Origin: an uncultured Alphaproteobacteria bacterium
GTDB taxonomy: Bacteria; Pseudomonadota; Alphaproteobacteria; Puniceispirillales; Puniceispirillaceae
Direction of reading: 5' to 3'
DNA: 64,000 nucleotides
Assembly: GCA_963966775.1 (NCBI GenBank)
Contig: CAXAAH010000003.1
Coordinates: 1,793 to 65,792 of the forward strand
The first letter of the stretch is position 1; each line of letters opens with the position of its first letter. A model generated the notes under the pieces. The model was given only the letters and a program-made list of their open reading frames with translations, did no database searches and was not told the origin of the DNA. Below are positions 20,780 to 35,991 of this stretch, piece by piece. The position numbers were made by a program, and so were the translations under genes.

Positions 20780-20812
20780 CTATATGGGAATTATGGCGAT
20801 AATTTGCAAGAG
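20780..20812 (-). promoter_or_regulatory. Candidate sigma-32-type promoter of rpoH
   Basis: The - strand reads CTTGCAA-N15-CCCATAT (20810-20804 and 20788-20782), close to the CTTGAA-N13-17-CCCCATNT heat-shock consensus and about 37 nt upstream of the rpoH ATG. Confidence 0.5.
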
Positions 20813-20816
20813 GGCG

Positions 20817-21833
20817 CTATTTAATGCCGGCGGCACGTTTGGCGATGCCTGTCTCAATTTGCTCTATAAGCCCTTGCATATCTGCGGGCAGAGGGCTGTC
20901 AAAGCCAAGCTCTTCTTTGGTGATCGGATGCACAAAGCCAAGATGGGCGGCATGAAGGGCTTGCCGTTCAAAGCCGCGTAATCCTGCAAGGACATCACGT
21001 GATGCTTGGTCAGGCATTTGCGCAGAGCGAAGCGGGTGGCCATAGACATTGTCACCAATAATCCCATAGCCCATCTCTGAGAGATGGACACGGATTTGGT
21101 GCGTGCGGCCTGTCTCAAGCGTGCATTCTAGCATTGCTGAGAAAGGCGGCAAATCGCGTAAGGTCTCATAATGGGTGATGGCTTCTTTGCCTTTTTCCAT
21201 CACGGCCATTTTCTTGCGATCATGGCGTGAGCGGCCAATCGGCGCATCAATTGTGCCAACACGCATCGCCGGCAGACCCCAGACAATCGCATGATAGCGG
21301 CGGGTTAAATTATGCTTGGCGAAAAGCTTTGATAATTTATGATGCGCTTTTTCGGTCTTAGCGGCCATCATCACGCCTGATGTGTCCTTATCAAGGCGGT
21401 GGACAATGCCGGGGCGGGCAACGCCGCCAATGCCAGACAGGCTGTCACCGCAATGATGCAAAAGCGCGTTTACAAGCGTGCCATTATAAGAGCCCGGCGC
21501 AGGGTGAACGACCATGCCCGCGGGCTTTTCCAACACGATTAAATGCTCATCTTCAAAATAGATATCAAGCGGGATATTCTCAGGCAGAGGCGTGGCATCC
21601 TCAATCGGCGGCATGGTTAGCTCATATTGCGCCTCTGATTTGACGCTTGCGGATGGATCCGTTACCTTCGCGCCATTACATGTTAATTGGCCATCTTGAA
21701 TAAGGGCCTTGATACGTGTCCTAGATAACTCAATCTCGCTGGTATTTGCCAGAAAGCGATCAAGGCGCGTGCCACCATCGTCTGGTGTCGCGATAATAAT
21801 AAGAGGGTCTAATTGTTCCATGGTTTCAGACAA
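20817..21833 (-). CDS. rluD: 23S rRNA pseudouridine synthase, RluA/RluD family (S4 domain plus catalytic domain)
   Basis: Catalytic motif HRLDKDTSGVMM and an N-terminal S4-like region. The start is either TTG 21833 or ATG 21821. Confidence 0.9.
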   Translation of the reverse strand: MSETMEQLDPLIIIATPDDGGTRLDRFLANTSEIELSRTRIKALIQDGQLTCNGAKVTDPSASVKSEAQYELTMPPIEDATPLPENIPLDIYFEDEHLIVLEKPAGMVVHPAPGSYNGTLVNALLHHCGDSLSGIGGVARPGIVHRLDKDTSGVMMAAKTEKAHHKLSKLFAKHNLTRRYHAIVWGLPAMRVGTIDAPIGRSRHDRKKMAVMEKGKEAITHYETLRDLPPFSAMLECTLETGRTHQIRVHLSEMGYGIIGDNVYGHPLRSAQMPDQASRDVLAGLRGFERQALHAAHLGFVHPITKEELGFDSPLPADMQGLIEQIETGIAKRAAGIK

Positions 21834-22209
21834 TAGAGATAAATCACCAGAATTAGAAGATCAAAAGAGCCAGAATGGTGAAGTGCCAGACCTAGCGGAT
21901 GCGCAGGCAGATGGCCCCTTTAGCCCGAAACAAATGCGCGCCTTAAAACTAGCGACTAGCATTATGGGCATTATGATCATTATTTGCGTCATTTTGCTTG
22001 GCATTGGCCTGTCGCGCCAATCGGAAAAGCTGGCCAGTAAAGGGCCGGCGCCTGTGATTAAATTGTCGAAGGATACCGTGATTCACGCCCTTGCCGCAGA
22101 TGGGCAGGATGGCATTTGGATCTATAGCCAAACAGGCGATGAAGAAGGCATTTATTATTATAAATCATCTGGCGCTGAAGGCCGTCAATTTGTGATTGAG
22201 CGCCAATAG
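21820..22209 (+). CDS. Hypothetical single-pass membrane protein
   Basis: An acidic N-terminus, one TM segment (LATSIMGIMIIICVILLGIGL), then a soluble tail. ATG 21820 is the first ATG outside rluD coding. No family recognised. Confidence 0.5.
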   Translation: MVSDNRDKSPELEDQKSQNGEVPDLADAQADGPFSPKQMRALKLATSIMGIMIIICVILLGIGLSRQSEKLASKGPAPVIKLSKDTVIHALAADGQDGIWIYSQTGDEEGIYYYKSSGAEGRQFVIERQ

Positions 22210-22214
22210 CGCGT

Positions 22215-22550
22215 CTATATCATCGCGATAAGCGCGAGCACAAAGGCCTCGATAGATAATTGGGCAAGCCCTTCAATATCATAGCCAAAAGTCGTTGGCA
22301 GAATATAAAAGCGGATGATAAGCACCAAAAACCCAACATAAAGCGGGCGCACGCGATTAATGATATAATGATGCGTGATAATCGAGGCGAGCCCAATGAC
22401 AGGGTTTGTTATCCGCCTGATAAGCCCCATGCCCCGAAGCCGGCTATCTTCGGGCAAGAAAATGCCCAAGATAAAGCGCGCGATGAGAAGCCATTGCAAA
22501 ACCCCAAGGGCCGCGTCAAATAAAATGGCAAATAAGGCTTCATCTAACAT
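22215..22550 (-). CDS. Small integral membrane protein, possibly YggT-like
   Basis: 111 aa and hydrophobic. The segment LQWLLIARFILGIF...IRRITNPVI resembles the YggT repeat pattern. This is recollection only. Confidence 0.5.
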   Translation of the reverse strand: MLDEALFAILFDAALGVLQWLLIARFILGIFLPEDSRLRGMGLIRRITNPVIGLASIITHHYIINRVRPLYVGFLVLIIRFYILPTTFGYDIEGLAQLSIEAFVLALIAMI

Positions 22551-22764
22551 CTGATAAACTCATCTTTGTGCTAGCCCCCATCTTATCGATGGCTGCTTTT
22601 GTGGCGAATTAGGCATATTTTTTAGCCCTAACCATAGCAAATCGCGCGTGCAAGGCTAGTTATTTTGTCAAAAATCGCCTATCTCTAGGGCAGGTTTATT
22701 TTATGTGATTATCCCATCACATGTATTTTGCGCCACAACAGCGCGAGAAAAAGGAGTGAGTGTC

Positions 22765-24444
22765 ATGGTTAGCTCTCAATATGTCTATTCAATGTATAAG
22801 CTTGGCAAGGCTTACCCCGGCGGTAAGGAAGTGCTTCGTGATATTAGCCTGTCATTTTTGCCGGGCGCAAAGATTGGTGTGCTTGGCCTGAACGGCGCTG
22901 GTAAATCCACATTGCTTAAGATTATGGCTGGCATTGAGACAGATTTTTCGGGCGAGGCACAAGCCGCTGATGGCCTGAATGTCGGCTATCTGGCACAGGA
23001 GCCTGAGCTTGATGCGTCTATGGATGTGCAAGGCAATGTGATGTCAGGCATGGGCGAGGCCAAAGTGCTGGTTGACCGCTTTAATGAGGTATCTGCGCGC
23101 TTTGCCGAAGAGCTGACAGATGATGAGATGAATGAGGTCATCGCTGAGCAAGCTGAGTTGCAGGAAAAGATTGATGCGATGGATGCATGGGATCTAGAGC
23201 GTAAGGCTGAGATCGCGATGGATGCGTTGCGCGTACCAGACGGCAGTGCGGATGTGACAAAATTATCAGGTGGTGAGCGCCGACGTGTCGCGCTATGCCG
23301 CCTGCTTTTATCAGCGCCTGATATGCTATTGCTTGATGAGCCGACAAACCATTTGGACGCCGAATCAGTCGCATGGCTACAACGCTTCTTGCATGATTTC
23401 CCGGGCACAGTGGTAACCATCACGCACGATCGCTATTTCCTTGATGAGGTGGCAGGCTGGATCCTTGAGCTTGATAGAGGCGCTGGCATTCCTTATGAGG
23501 GCAATTATTCAGGCTGGCTTGAGCAAAAGCAAAAGCGTCTTGAACAAGAAGGCCGCGCGGAAGATGCGCGTGTAAAGTCATTATCGCGTGAATTGGATTG
23601 GGTGCGTTCTGCGCCAAAGGCTCGTCAGGCAAAATCAAAAGCGCGTATTACCGCTTATGAAAAATTGCTAGAAGAAGGCCAACAGGCAAAGGTCGAGACC
23701 GCCAAGATTGTTATCCCAGCAGGCCCGCGTTTGGGGGATAAGGTGCTGGAAGCTGATAATCTGGTCAAAGGCTTTGGTGAGCGTCTGCTGATTGATGATG
23801 CAACTTTCCGCCTGCCACCGGGTGGCATTGTTGGTGTGGTTGGCCCGAACGGCGCTGGTAAGACAACATTGTTCCGCATGCTAACCGGCAATGAAGCCCC
23901 TGATTCAGGTGCGTTGAGTGTTGGTGATACGGTGAAGCTTGGCTATGTTGACCAGTCTCGTGACGCGCTTGATGATGATAAGACGGTCTGGGAAGTGATC
24001 TCAGATGGGTTGGATGAATTGGAATTGGGCAAGCGCACAGTGCCATCACGCGCCTATGTCTCGAACTTTAATTTCAAAGGCGCTGACCAGCAAAAGAAGG
24101 TTGGCCAGCTTTCTGGTGGTGAGCGTAACCGTGTCCATCTGGCACGTATGCTGAAAAGCGGTGCGAACTTGCTATTGCTCGATGAGCCGACGAATGATTT
24201 GGATGTCGATACATTGCGCGCGCTTGAAGAAGCCTTGCTAGAGTTTGCTGGCTGTGCGGTTGTGATCTCGCACGATAGATGGTTCCTTGATAGAATCGCG
24301 ACACATATTATGGCCTTTGAAGGTGATAGCCATGTGGAATGGTTTGAGGGCAATTATGAAGCCTATGAGGCCGATAAAAAGCGTCGTCTTGGCGCCGATG
24401 CTGAACGTCCAACAAGAATTAAATATAAGCCTATCTCTCGCTAG
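22765..24444 (+). CDS. ettA: Energy-dependent translational throttle protein EttA (ABC-F)
   Basis: Two ABC cassettes ([20 protein letters not shown] and [20 protein letters not shown]). The EttA-like N-terminus [17 protein letters not shown] fits. ATG 22765 has an AAGGAG 8 nt upstream; the ORF track start at 22705 is probably too early. Confidence 0.92.
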   Translation: MVSSQYVYSMYKLGKAYPGGKEVLRDISLSFLPGAKIGVLGLNGAGKSTLLKIMAGIETDFSGEAQAADGLNVGYLAQEPELDASMDVQGNVMSGMGEAKVLVDRFNEVSARFAEELTDDEMNEVIAEQAELQEKIDAMDAWDLERKAEIAMDALRVPDGSADVTKLSGGERRRVALCRLLLSAPDMLLLDEPTNHLDAESVAWLQRFLHDFPGTVVTITHDRYFLDEVAGWILELDRGAGIPYEGNYSGWLEQKQKRLEQEGRAEDARVKSLSRELDWVRSAPKARQAKSKARITAYEKLLEEGQQAKVETAKIVIPAGPRLGDKVLEADNLVKGFGERLLIDDATFRLPPGGIVGVVGPNGAGKTTLFRMLTGNEAPDSGALSVGDTVKLGYVDQSRDALDDDKTVWEVISDGLDELELGKRTVPSRAYVSNFNFKGADQQKKVGQLSGGERNRVHLARMLKSGANLLLLDEPTNDLDVDTLRALEEALLEFAGCAVVISHDRWFLDRIATHIMAFEGDSHVEWFEGNYEAYEADKKRRLGADAERPTRIKYKPISR

Positions 24445-24462
24445 ACAGGCGCCACATAATAT

Positions 24463-24503
24463 AAAAAAAGCGCGCGCACCCAAAGAGGCCTCGCGCTTTT
24501 TTT
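24463..24503. terminator. Bidirectional rho-independent terminator between ettA and mlaC
   Basis: A7-GCGCG...CGCGC-T7. The GC stem is flanked by an A-run on one side and a T-run on the other, in a convergent intergenic gap. Confidence 0.7.
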
Positions 24504-24523
24504 ATACCGTTATCTTAGTGGGT

Positions 24524-25156
24524 CTATAGATCCTTGGCGGTCTTTTCCAATATCTCAATCAGGGCAGAGAATTTACCGCCATTTTTGCGAATAATGGCCG
24601 TATTTTCTTGCTGCTGCGTGATCAGCATCGAGATATTTTCAATCTCAACATCAATGATAAGAGGCGCGCCATCTGTCGGTGTGCTGACGCGCCAGCTGAC
24701 AATCGCATCTGCCTGACTGCCTGTTGGGTCTTGCATAACACCTGTGACAAGCGCCAGTTTTTTGCCCTTAGAGACGGCATCTGTGACGGTGTAATTCAAG
24801 CCCTTTAGCTGGTCAAATTGACGTGCCGCAAGACCTGTCAGCACTTTGCGGAAAAGCCTTGTATAGGCCGCACGCTCATCGTCGCTTGCCTTTTTCCAAT
24901 AGCGGCCAGCCGAAAAACGCGTGATGCCGTTAAAGTCAAAATAATCATTAATCAGCCCGTCAACGGCCGCAATGCGTGCCTCATCGCTCTCATAGTCTGC
25001 CTCAACAGCTTGCTTCACGGCATCAGCCATCGTCCGCACAAGCATGCGCGCCTCATCAAGCCGGCTATCGGCATGTGCGGGCAGGCTGGCTGATAATGTG
25101 AGGCCCATCATCAGGCTCGCAAGGGCGATCATTAGGGGGCGTAAGCGCATGAACAT
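24524..25156 (-). CDS. mlaC: Periplasmic phospholipid-binding protein MlaC/Ttg2D family
   Basis: Signal peptide ending LPAHA, about 210 aa, with a motif pattern (FDFNGITRFSAGRYWKKAS) typical of Tol-resistance/MlaC proteins. Adjacent to mlaA. Confidence 0.75.
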   Translation of the reverse strand: MFMRLRPLMIALASLMMGLTLSASLPAHADSRLDEARMLVRTMADAVKQAVEADYESDEARIAAVDGLINDYFDFNGITRFSAGRYWKKASDDERAAYTRLFRKVLTGLAARQFDQLKGLNYTVTDAVSKGKKLALVTGVMQDPTGSQADAIVSWRVSTPTDGAPLIIDVEIENISMLITQQQENTAIIRKNGGKFSALIEILEKTAKDL

Positions 25157-25161
25157 AAATT

Positions 25162-25971
25162 TTACTCCTCAAAGAATGAGTTGAAGGCATCATCATTTTC
25201 GCCTTCACTAATCTCACCCGGCAGCCTGTCTTCTAGCAAGCCTTTGCGTTTTTGATAATAGACAGAGCGCGCTCTGGCATAGGGGTCAAGGCTGTTATAT
25301 TTGACCTCATTAATCGCTTCGAAATCAGTCGCACGCACAGAAACAGCGGCAACAGGAAGCTGTGCTGATTGAACGGTCTGTCCCACCTCGCCGGCATTTA
25401 GCACCGATAGCGGGTTCAGCACAAAATCAACCGCACGACCTGTTAGCGACCTTGTGGTATGACCGCCAAGAAGCGGCACTTCAATATAGGCGCCTTCTGG
25501 CACATTTGCGGCCGCCAATGTCTGGCCAAAATCTTCTGTCTTTGGTTGTTCATCATCTGCGGTTAAATCAACCAGACCAAGCGTTAGGCCATTAATCGCG
25601 AAATGAAGCACGGCCAAAGTCGCATTTTTAAACTTGCCTTGCAGGGTGGAGTTTACCGCCGTCGATGGCAAGCCAACCCAATCCACATGATTGCTCACGG
25701 CCTTTTGCACCGCATTTGGTGCAATGGTGCGATACCCATCTGCCACAGGTTCAAGCACATAGGTATCTGCCGCCATGTTAAAAGCGAACACTGATCTGTT
25801 GGTATCTTCAAACGGGTCTCGTGCGTCACTGCGCTCATCAACAGGCAGAGAGCTGCAACCGCTCATCACCACCGCCATAAGGCCAAAACAGGCCGCTTTG
25901 GCAAAGCGCAGGCTGTGTGTGAATGAGGGACGGTTTTTTGCGCCAATGTGCATGGATGAGTGATTAATCAT
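25162..25971 (-). CDS. mlaA: Outer-membrane lipoprotein MlaA/VacJ
   Basis: Lipobox VMSGC and VacJ-like motifs (DPFEDTNRSVFAFN, GPYIEVP-like EGAYIEVPLLG). The start is taken at Met28 of the track ORF (ATG 25971) and is uncertain. Confidence 0.8.
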   Translation of the reverse strand: MINHSSMHIGAKNRPSFTHSLRFAKAACFGLMAVVMSGCSSLPVDERSDARDPFEDTNRSVFAFNMAADTYVLEPVADGYRTIAPNAVQKAVSNHVDWVGLPSTAVNSTLQGKFKNATLAVLHFAINGLTLGLVDLTADDEQPKTEDFGQTLAAANVPEGAYIEVPLLGGHTTRSLTGRAVDFVLNPLSVLNAGEVGQTVQSAQLPVAAVSVRATDFEAINEVKYNSLDPYARARSVYYQKRKGLLEDRLPGEISEGENDDAFNSFFEE

Positions 25972-26211
25972 GGCCAATAATATGCCTTCATAGAACAGGG
26001 GGCTTAACAAAAAACTTCGAATTGTGTTACAAAATAACCCCCCAATAATCATTTGTCTATGATAGGATCACGGCTTGTGTCTATGGATAGGGTCCAAAAG
26101 AGCCCTAAATAGGGCATAGAGTTGAGAATAAAGTGGCAGAGAGTCTTTTTTATTTTCACGATTTGTTCTATTCTCGAGCAGGCTTCTTTTATGTTTGGTT
26201 TATAAGGGTTA

Positions 26212-28494
26212 TTGATTGTGAGTAACGATATTTCGCCAGAACAGGCACAGCCGGGGCAAGGTGCTATGATGCCGTGGCTGTCCGGCTTGAACCCTGAACA
26301 GCATGAGGCGGTGACGACTCTTGACGGGCCGTTATTGGTGCTATCAGGCGCCGGCACAGGCAAAACGCGTGTGCTTACCGCCCGTATTGCCCAGCTTATC
26401 GGCACCAGAACCGCGATGCCGTGGAATATCTTGGCCGTGACCTTTACCAATAAGGCCGCGCGCGAGATGAAAGAGCGCGTTGCCGCGATGGTCGGCCCGA
26501 TGGCAGAACAGGTGATGCTTGGCACATTCCACTCAGTTGCTGCCCGCATGTTGCGCCGCCATGCTGAATTGGTCGGCCTGTCGTCAAGCTTTACCATCAT
26601 TGATACAGATGACCAGATTCGCTTGCTGAAACAGGTCATGGAAGCGCAATCAGTTGATCCCAAAAGGTGGCAGCCACGTGCTCTATTAGGGGCCATTAGC
26701 AAATGGAAAGATAAGGGGCTGACGCCTGACAAGGTCTCAGATGCTGAGGTTGGTGAGCTGGCAGATGGTAAGATACTGAGCCTTTATAAGGCCTATCAAG
26801 CGCGCCTGAAATCTTTGAATGCGGCTGATTTTGGTGATTTGCTGTTGCATCTTTTGACCATCTTCACCAGCCATCCAGATATTTTGGCAGAATATCAAAA
26901 CCGCCTATCGCATATTTTGGTGGATGAGTATCAAGATACAAATGTCGGTCAATATTTATGGCTTCGCTTGCTGGCGGCAAAGAATAAGAATTTGTGCTGT
27001 GTGGGTGATGATGATCAGTCAATCTATGGCTGGCGCGGGGCTGAGGTTGGTAATATCCTCAAATTTGAAAAAGATTATGAGGGCGCAAAGACAGTGCGTC
27101 TGGAAGAGAATTATCGCTCAACGGGTCATATTTTGGCCTGTGCGTCTGCGCTGATCGCGCATAATGAGGCGCGTCTTGGCAAAGAGCTTTATACATCGCA
27201 CGACCAAGGTGATGAGATCCAAATTTCGGGCTATTGGGATGGCAATGAAGAGGCGCGGAGCCTGTCATCACAAATCGAATATCTTATCAAAGATAATCAT
27301 GATTTGAACGAGATTGCGGTGCTTGTCCGGGCAGGGTTTCAGACAAGAGAATTTGAAGAACGCTTTATGGCGATTGGCCTGCCTTACCGTGTTGTGGGCA
27401 CAAGGTTTTATGAGCGCGCAGAGATACGTGACGCGCTTGCCTATTTGCGCCTGATTGCCCAGCCATCTGATGATTTAGCGTTTGAGCGGATTATCAATAC
27501 GCCCAAGCGTGGCCTTGGCCCGACCTCTTTGAAGATTATCTTTGCCTATGCAAGGGCGGCTGATAAGCCCTATCTTGCGGCGGCCAAGGAATTGGTGGAT
27601 TCAGACGAGCTTAAGCCGCAAGCAAGACGCCAGCTTGGGGCCTTTATCGCCTCTATGGAAGCATGGCAAAATGAGGCTAAGACACTGTCAGCCAGTGATT
27701 TGGCACGGTTTGTGTTAGATGATTCTGGCTATACGGCGATGTGGCAGGCGGATAAGAATCCAGATTCGCCCGGCCGGTTGGAAAACTTAAAAGAATTGGT
27801 CAATGCGATGGATGATTTCGAGACCCTTTCAGGGTTCTTAGAGCATATCGCGCTGGTCACAGATACCGAGAATAATAACCAAGATGGTGAGGTCTCTTTG
27901 ATGACTTTGCATGCGGCAAAGGGGCTTGAGTTTGAGACGGTCTTTTTGCCGGGATGGGAAGAGGGGCTGTTCCCCTCTCAGCGTTCCATGGATGAAAATG
28001 GCGGGGCTGGTCTCGAAGAAGAAAGACGCCTTGGCTATGTGGGCATCACAAGGGCGCGCAAGAATCTGTTCATCTCATTCGCCGCCAATCGGCGCATTCA
28101 TGGGCTGTGGCAGGCATGTATCCCATCGCGCTTTGTGGGCGAATTGCCAAAGGCGCATATCAAAGAGGATTTGGCGCAAGGCCTGTCGATTGGCCGGTCT
28201 GAGCCAATGATGATTGGCAATGCAGATAGCCGTGTCGGGCAAGCAGGCTATGGCCCTGGCTGGCAACGCGCGGCTAATCGCGGTGGCCAAGCAACTAGCC
28301 CTGCCCCAAAACGTGACGTCGATGGCTATGTGCCGTCCAGCACCAGTTCAGGTTTTGCCAAAGGCGAGCGTGTGTTCCATCAAAAATTTGGCATGGGTAA
28401 TGTAAAATCTGTTGAAGGTGATAAGCTGGAAATAGCGTTCGATAGGGCAGGCCGTAAAAAGGTCGTGGCAAGCTTTGTTGAGAAAATGGATTAG
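26212..28494 (+). CDS. uvrD: ATP-dependent DNA helicase, UvrD/PcrA/Rep family
   Basis: SF1 motifs LSGAGTGKT, VDEYQDTN, TLHAAKGLEF and YVGITRA. The true start may be ATG 26266 (MMPWLSGLNPEQHEAV). Confidence 0.88.
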   Translation: MIVSNDISPEQAQPGQGAMMPWLSGLNPEQHEAVTTLDGPLLVLSGAGTGKTRVLTARIAQLIGTRTAMPWNILAVTFTNKAAREMKERVAAMVGPMAEQVMLGTFHSVAARMLRRHAELVGLSSSFTIIDTDDQIRLLKQVMEAQSVDPKRWQPRALLGAISKWKDKGLTPDKVSDAEVGELADGKILSLYKAYQARLKSLNAADFGDLLLHLLTIFTSHPDILAEYQNRLSHILVDEYQDTNVGQYLWLRLLAAKNKNLCCVGDDDQSIYGWRGAEVGNILKFEKDYEGAKTVRLEENYRSTGHILACASALIAHNEARLGKELYTSHDQGDEIQISGYWDGNEEARSLSSQIEYLIKDNHDLNEIAVLVRAGFQTREFEERFMAIGLPYRVVGTRFYERAEIRDALAYLRLIAQPSDDLAFERIINTPKRGLGPTSLKIIFAYARAADKPYLAAAKELVDSDELKPQARRQLGAFIASMEAWQNEAKTLSASDLARFVLDDSGYTAMWQADKNPDSPGRLENLKELVNAMDDFETLSGFLEHIALVTDTENNNQDGEVSLMTLHAAKGLEFETVFLPGWEEGLFPSQRSMDENGGAGLEEERRLGYVGITRARKNLFISFAANRRIHGLWQACIPSRFVGELPKAHIKEDLAQGLSIGRSEPMMIGNADSRVGQAGYGPGWQRAANRGGQATSPAPKRDVDGYVPSSTSSGFAKGERVFHQKFGMGNVKSVEGDKLEIAFDRAGRKKVVASFVEKMD

Positions 28495-28503
28495 GGGTTT
28501 GAA

Positions 28504-29414
28504 ATGGGTGCGATGATGACACCAGAAAGCTGGTCTATTCGGTTTGAGACTGATGAAGATACGCCTGCCTATGAGACGGTGCTAACAGAAATTTGCGGCG
28601 CATTGGCCTTGTCTGTATCGCGCCCCTATCTTGATGCGCCCTTTTGGGTGATTGAGGGGATTTGCGATTTTGCGCCTGATGAAGGGGGCGTTAAAAGCGC
28701 GCTTGCGGCGGCTTCACAGACAGGCATAGCCCCTGATTTTGCAATTATCGCGCATGGTGAGCGTGATTGGTTGGCTGAGAATAGAGCGTCTTTTCCGGCG
28801 CTTCATATTGGGCGTTTTTGGATACATGGCGCGCATATCAAAGACGCACCACCCGCCGGCGCCAAGGCGTTGCATGTTGAGGCGGCAGAGGCGTTTGGGT
28901 CTGGTACGCACCCGACAACTGAGGGCTGTTTGCGCTTGATAGATGATGTGCTGAAAAAATACCGCCCGCAAAGCGTTCTTGATTTGGGTGCGGGGAGCGC
29001 GATTTTGGCAATGGCTGTCGCGAAGGTTTTCCCAAAGGCACAAATTCTGGCATCTGATATCGACCCTATCGCCACCACAACCGCGATGGGTAATCGGCGT
29101 CTTAATGGGATTGCGCCGCGTGATATGCGCTGTGTGACAAGCAAGGGGTTTGCGCATCGCACCATGTCTCAAAAAGCGCCTTATGATTTGCTGATTGCGA
29201 ATATACTGGCAGGTCCGCTAAAGGCGTTGGCACCTGATATCGCCCGCCATTTAAGCGCGCATGGCACTTTGGTTTTATCAGGGATCCTCACCAGCCAAGA
29301 GCGGCAGATCAGAGCCGCTTACCGTGCCAAGGGGCTGATTATCACAGATCGTATCCGCATTGGTGGTTGGTCTGCGCTTGCTTTTCGCAGGGCCTCGCAT
29401 AAGAAGGGCGCGTA

Positions 29415-29415
<1 letters not shown>
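28504..29415 (+). CDS. prmA: Ribosomal protein L11 methyltransferase PrmA
   Basis: FGSGTHPTT and the SAM motif LDLGAGSAILAMA. Confidence 0.88.
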
Positions 29416-34983
<5,568 letters not shown>

Positions 34984-34989
34984 GGCACA

Positions 34990-35817
34990 TTATTCAAACA
35001 CTGATAAAGTTTTAGAAAAGAGCCCTTCCACAAAACCTTGTGGGGCAGGGCGGTTCGGATCATCAATAAGCGCAATCCCACGCTCCGTCCAGATGGACTG
35101 TGGGTAATTGAACTCAGCGACTTGCAAAACGCGCATCGCCTCATCACGCAGACCCAATGAGAGATAGGATTCAATCAGACGATAAAGGGCTTCTGGCACT
35201 TGGTTTGTGGTATCGAAATCACGCACAACAACGTTAAAGCGGCTGATAGCGGCGCCATGATGACCGGCATTTAGATAAAAGCGCCCAACGGCCATTTCCT
35301 TGCCCGCAAGATGTGTTCTTGTCAGGTCAAGCTTTAGCTGGCTGTCTCTGGCATAGAGCCCTTCTGGATAGCGGCGCAACAAATCTTCAAAAGCCTCTTG
35401 GGCTTCTCTTGTCATAGCGGCATCACGCTCAACATTCACAATCTGCTCATAATAGCTAAGCGCGCGCAGATAATAGGCATATTCTGTCAGCTCACCGCCC
35501 GCAGGGTTCAATTCAATAAAGCGGTCTAGCGCGGCGATGGCACGTGGATATTGGTTATCTTCATAAAACGCCCAAGCGGCCATGACTTGTGCTTGTGTCG
35601 CCCATTTTGAATAAGGGTGCTGGCGTTCAACCTCTTCGAATTTCGGTGCCGCCGCTTTGGGCGATTCATTCAAAGCCGTATTCAGCGCGTCATTATAGAG
35701 CTCTTCAACAGGCTTCTCATCTTGGATAAGCAGTGAAGCCTCGTCATTGGATGAACAGGCGACAATCAAGCTTGTGAGCCCCACCAGACAGATAGATTTT
35801 AATGTGCGTGACATCAC
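34990..35817 (-). CDS. bamD: Outer membrane protein assembly factor BamD (TPR lipoprotein)
   Basis: Lipobox LIVACS and TPR-like repeats. Conserved position between lpxC and recN. Confidence 0.85.
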   Translation of the reverse strand: MMSRTLKSICLVGLTSLIVACSSNDEASLLIQDEKPVEELYNDALNTALNESPKAAAPKFEEVERQHPYSKWATQAQVMAAWAFYEDNQYPRAIAALDRFIELNPAGGELTEYAYYLRALSYYEQIVNVERDAAMTREAQEAFEDLLRRYPEGLYARDSQLKLDLTRTHLAGKEMAVGRFYLNAGHHGAAISRFNVVVRDFDTTNQVPEALYRLIESYLSLGLRDEAMRVLQVAEFNYPQSIWTERGIALIDDPNRPAPQGFVEGLFSKTLSVFE

Positions 35818-35991
35818 GAATATCGCTTTTTTAAAATTGTAAGTATCTCCCTTTATTTATAGCGCATTTACGTCTGTGATAAAGAGGAATTTATCGCAAG
35901 AAAGGCCCATCACAAAATTGTGGGCAAATTCAGAATATAAATAGGGACGTGCGGGGGTTTTTGGTGCGGGAACCGGCTGTGCCAGAGATGA

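Noticed and set aside
26160-26185. GTTCTATTCTCGAGC upstream of uvrD as a possible alphaproteobacterial SOS box (GTTC-N7-GTTC)
   Set aside because: Only the first half-site matches (the second is GAGC). No comparable box was seen upstream of recN or ruvA either, so no LexA site is claimed.
26049-26732. 227-aa antisense ORF spanning the mlaA-uvrD spacer and the 5' part of uvrD
   Set aside because: It is antisense to strong SF1 helicase motifs. Its composition is Cys/Ser/Arg-rich, with no RBS or recognisable motif. It is a typical shadow ORF.
35949-35970. Direct repeat GTGCGGG-N8-GTGCGGG just downstream of lpxC
   Set aside because: It is only 7 bp long and could arise by chance in a 64-kb window. 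It forms no hairpin and has no obvious positional logic.
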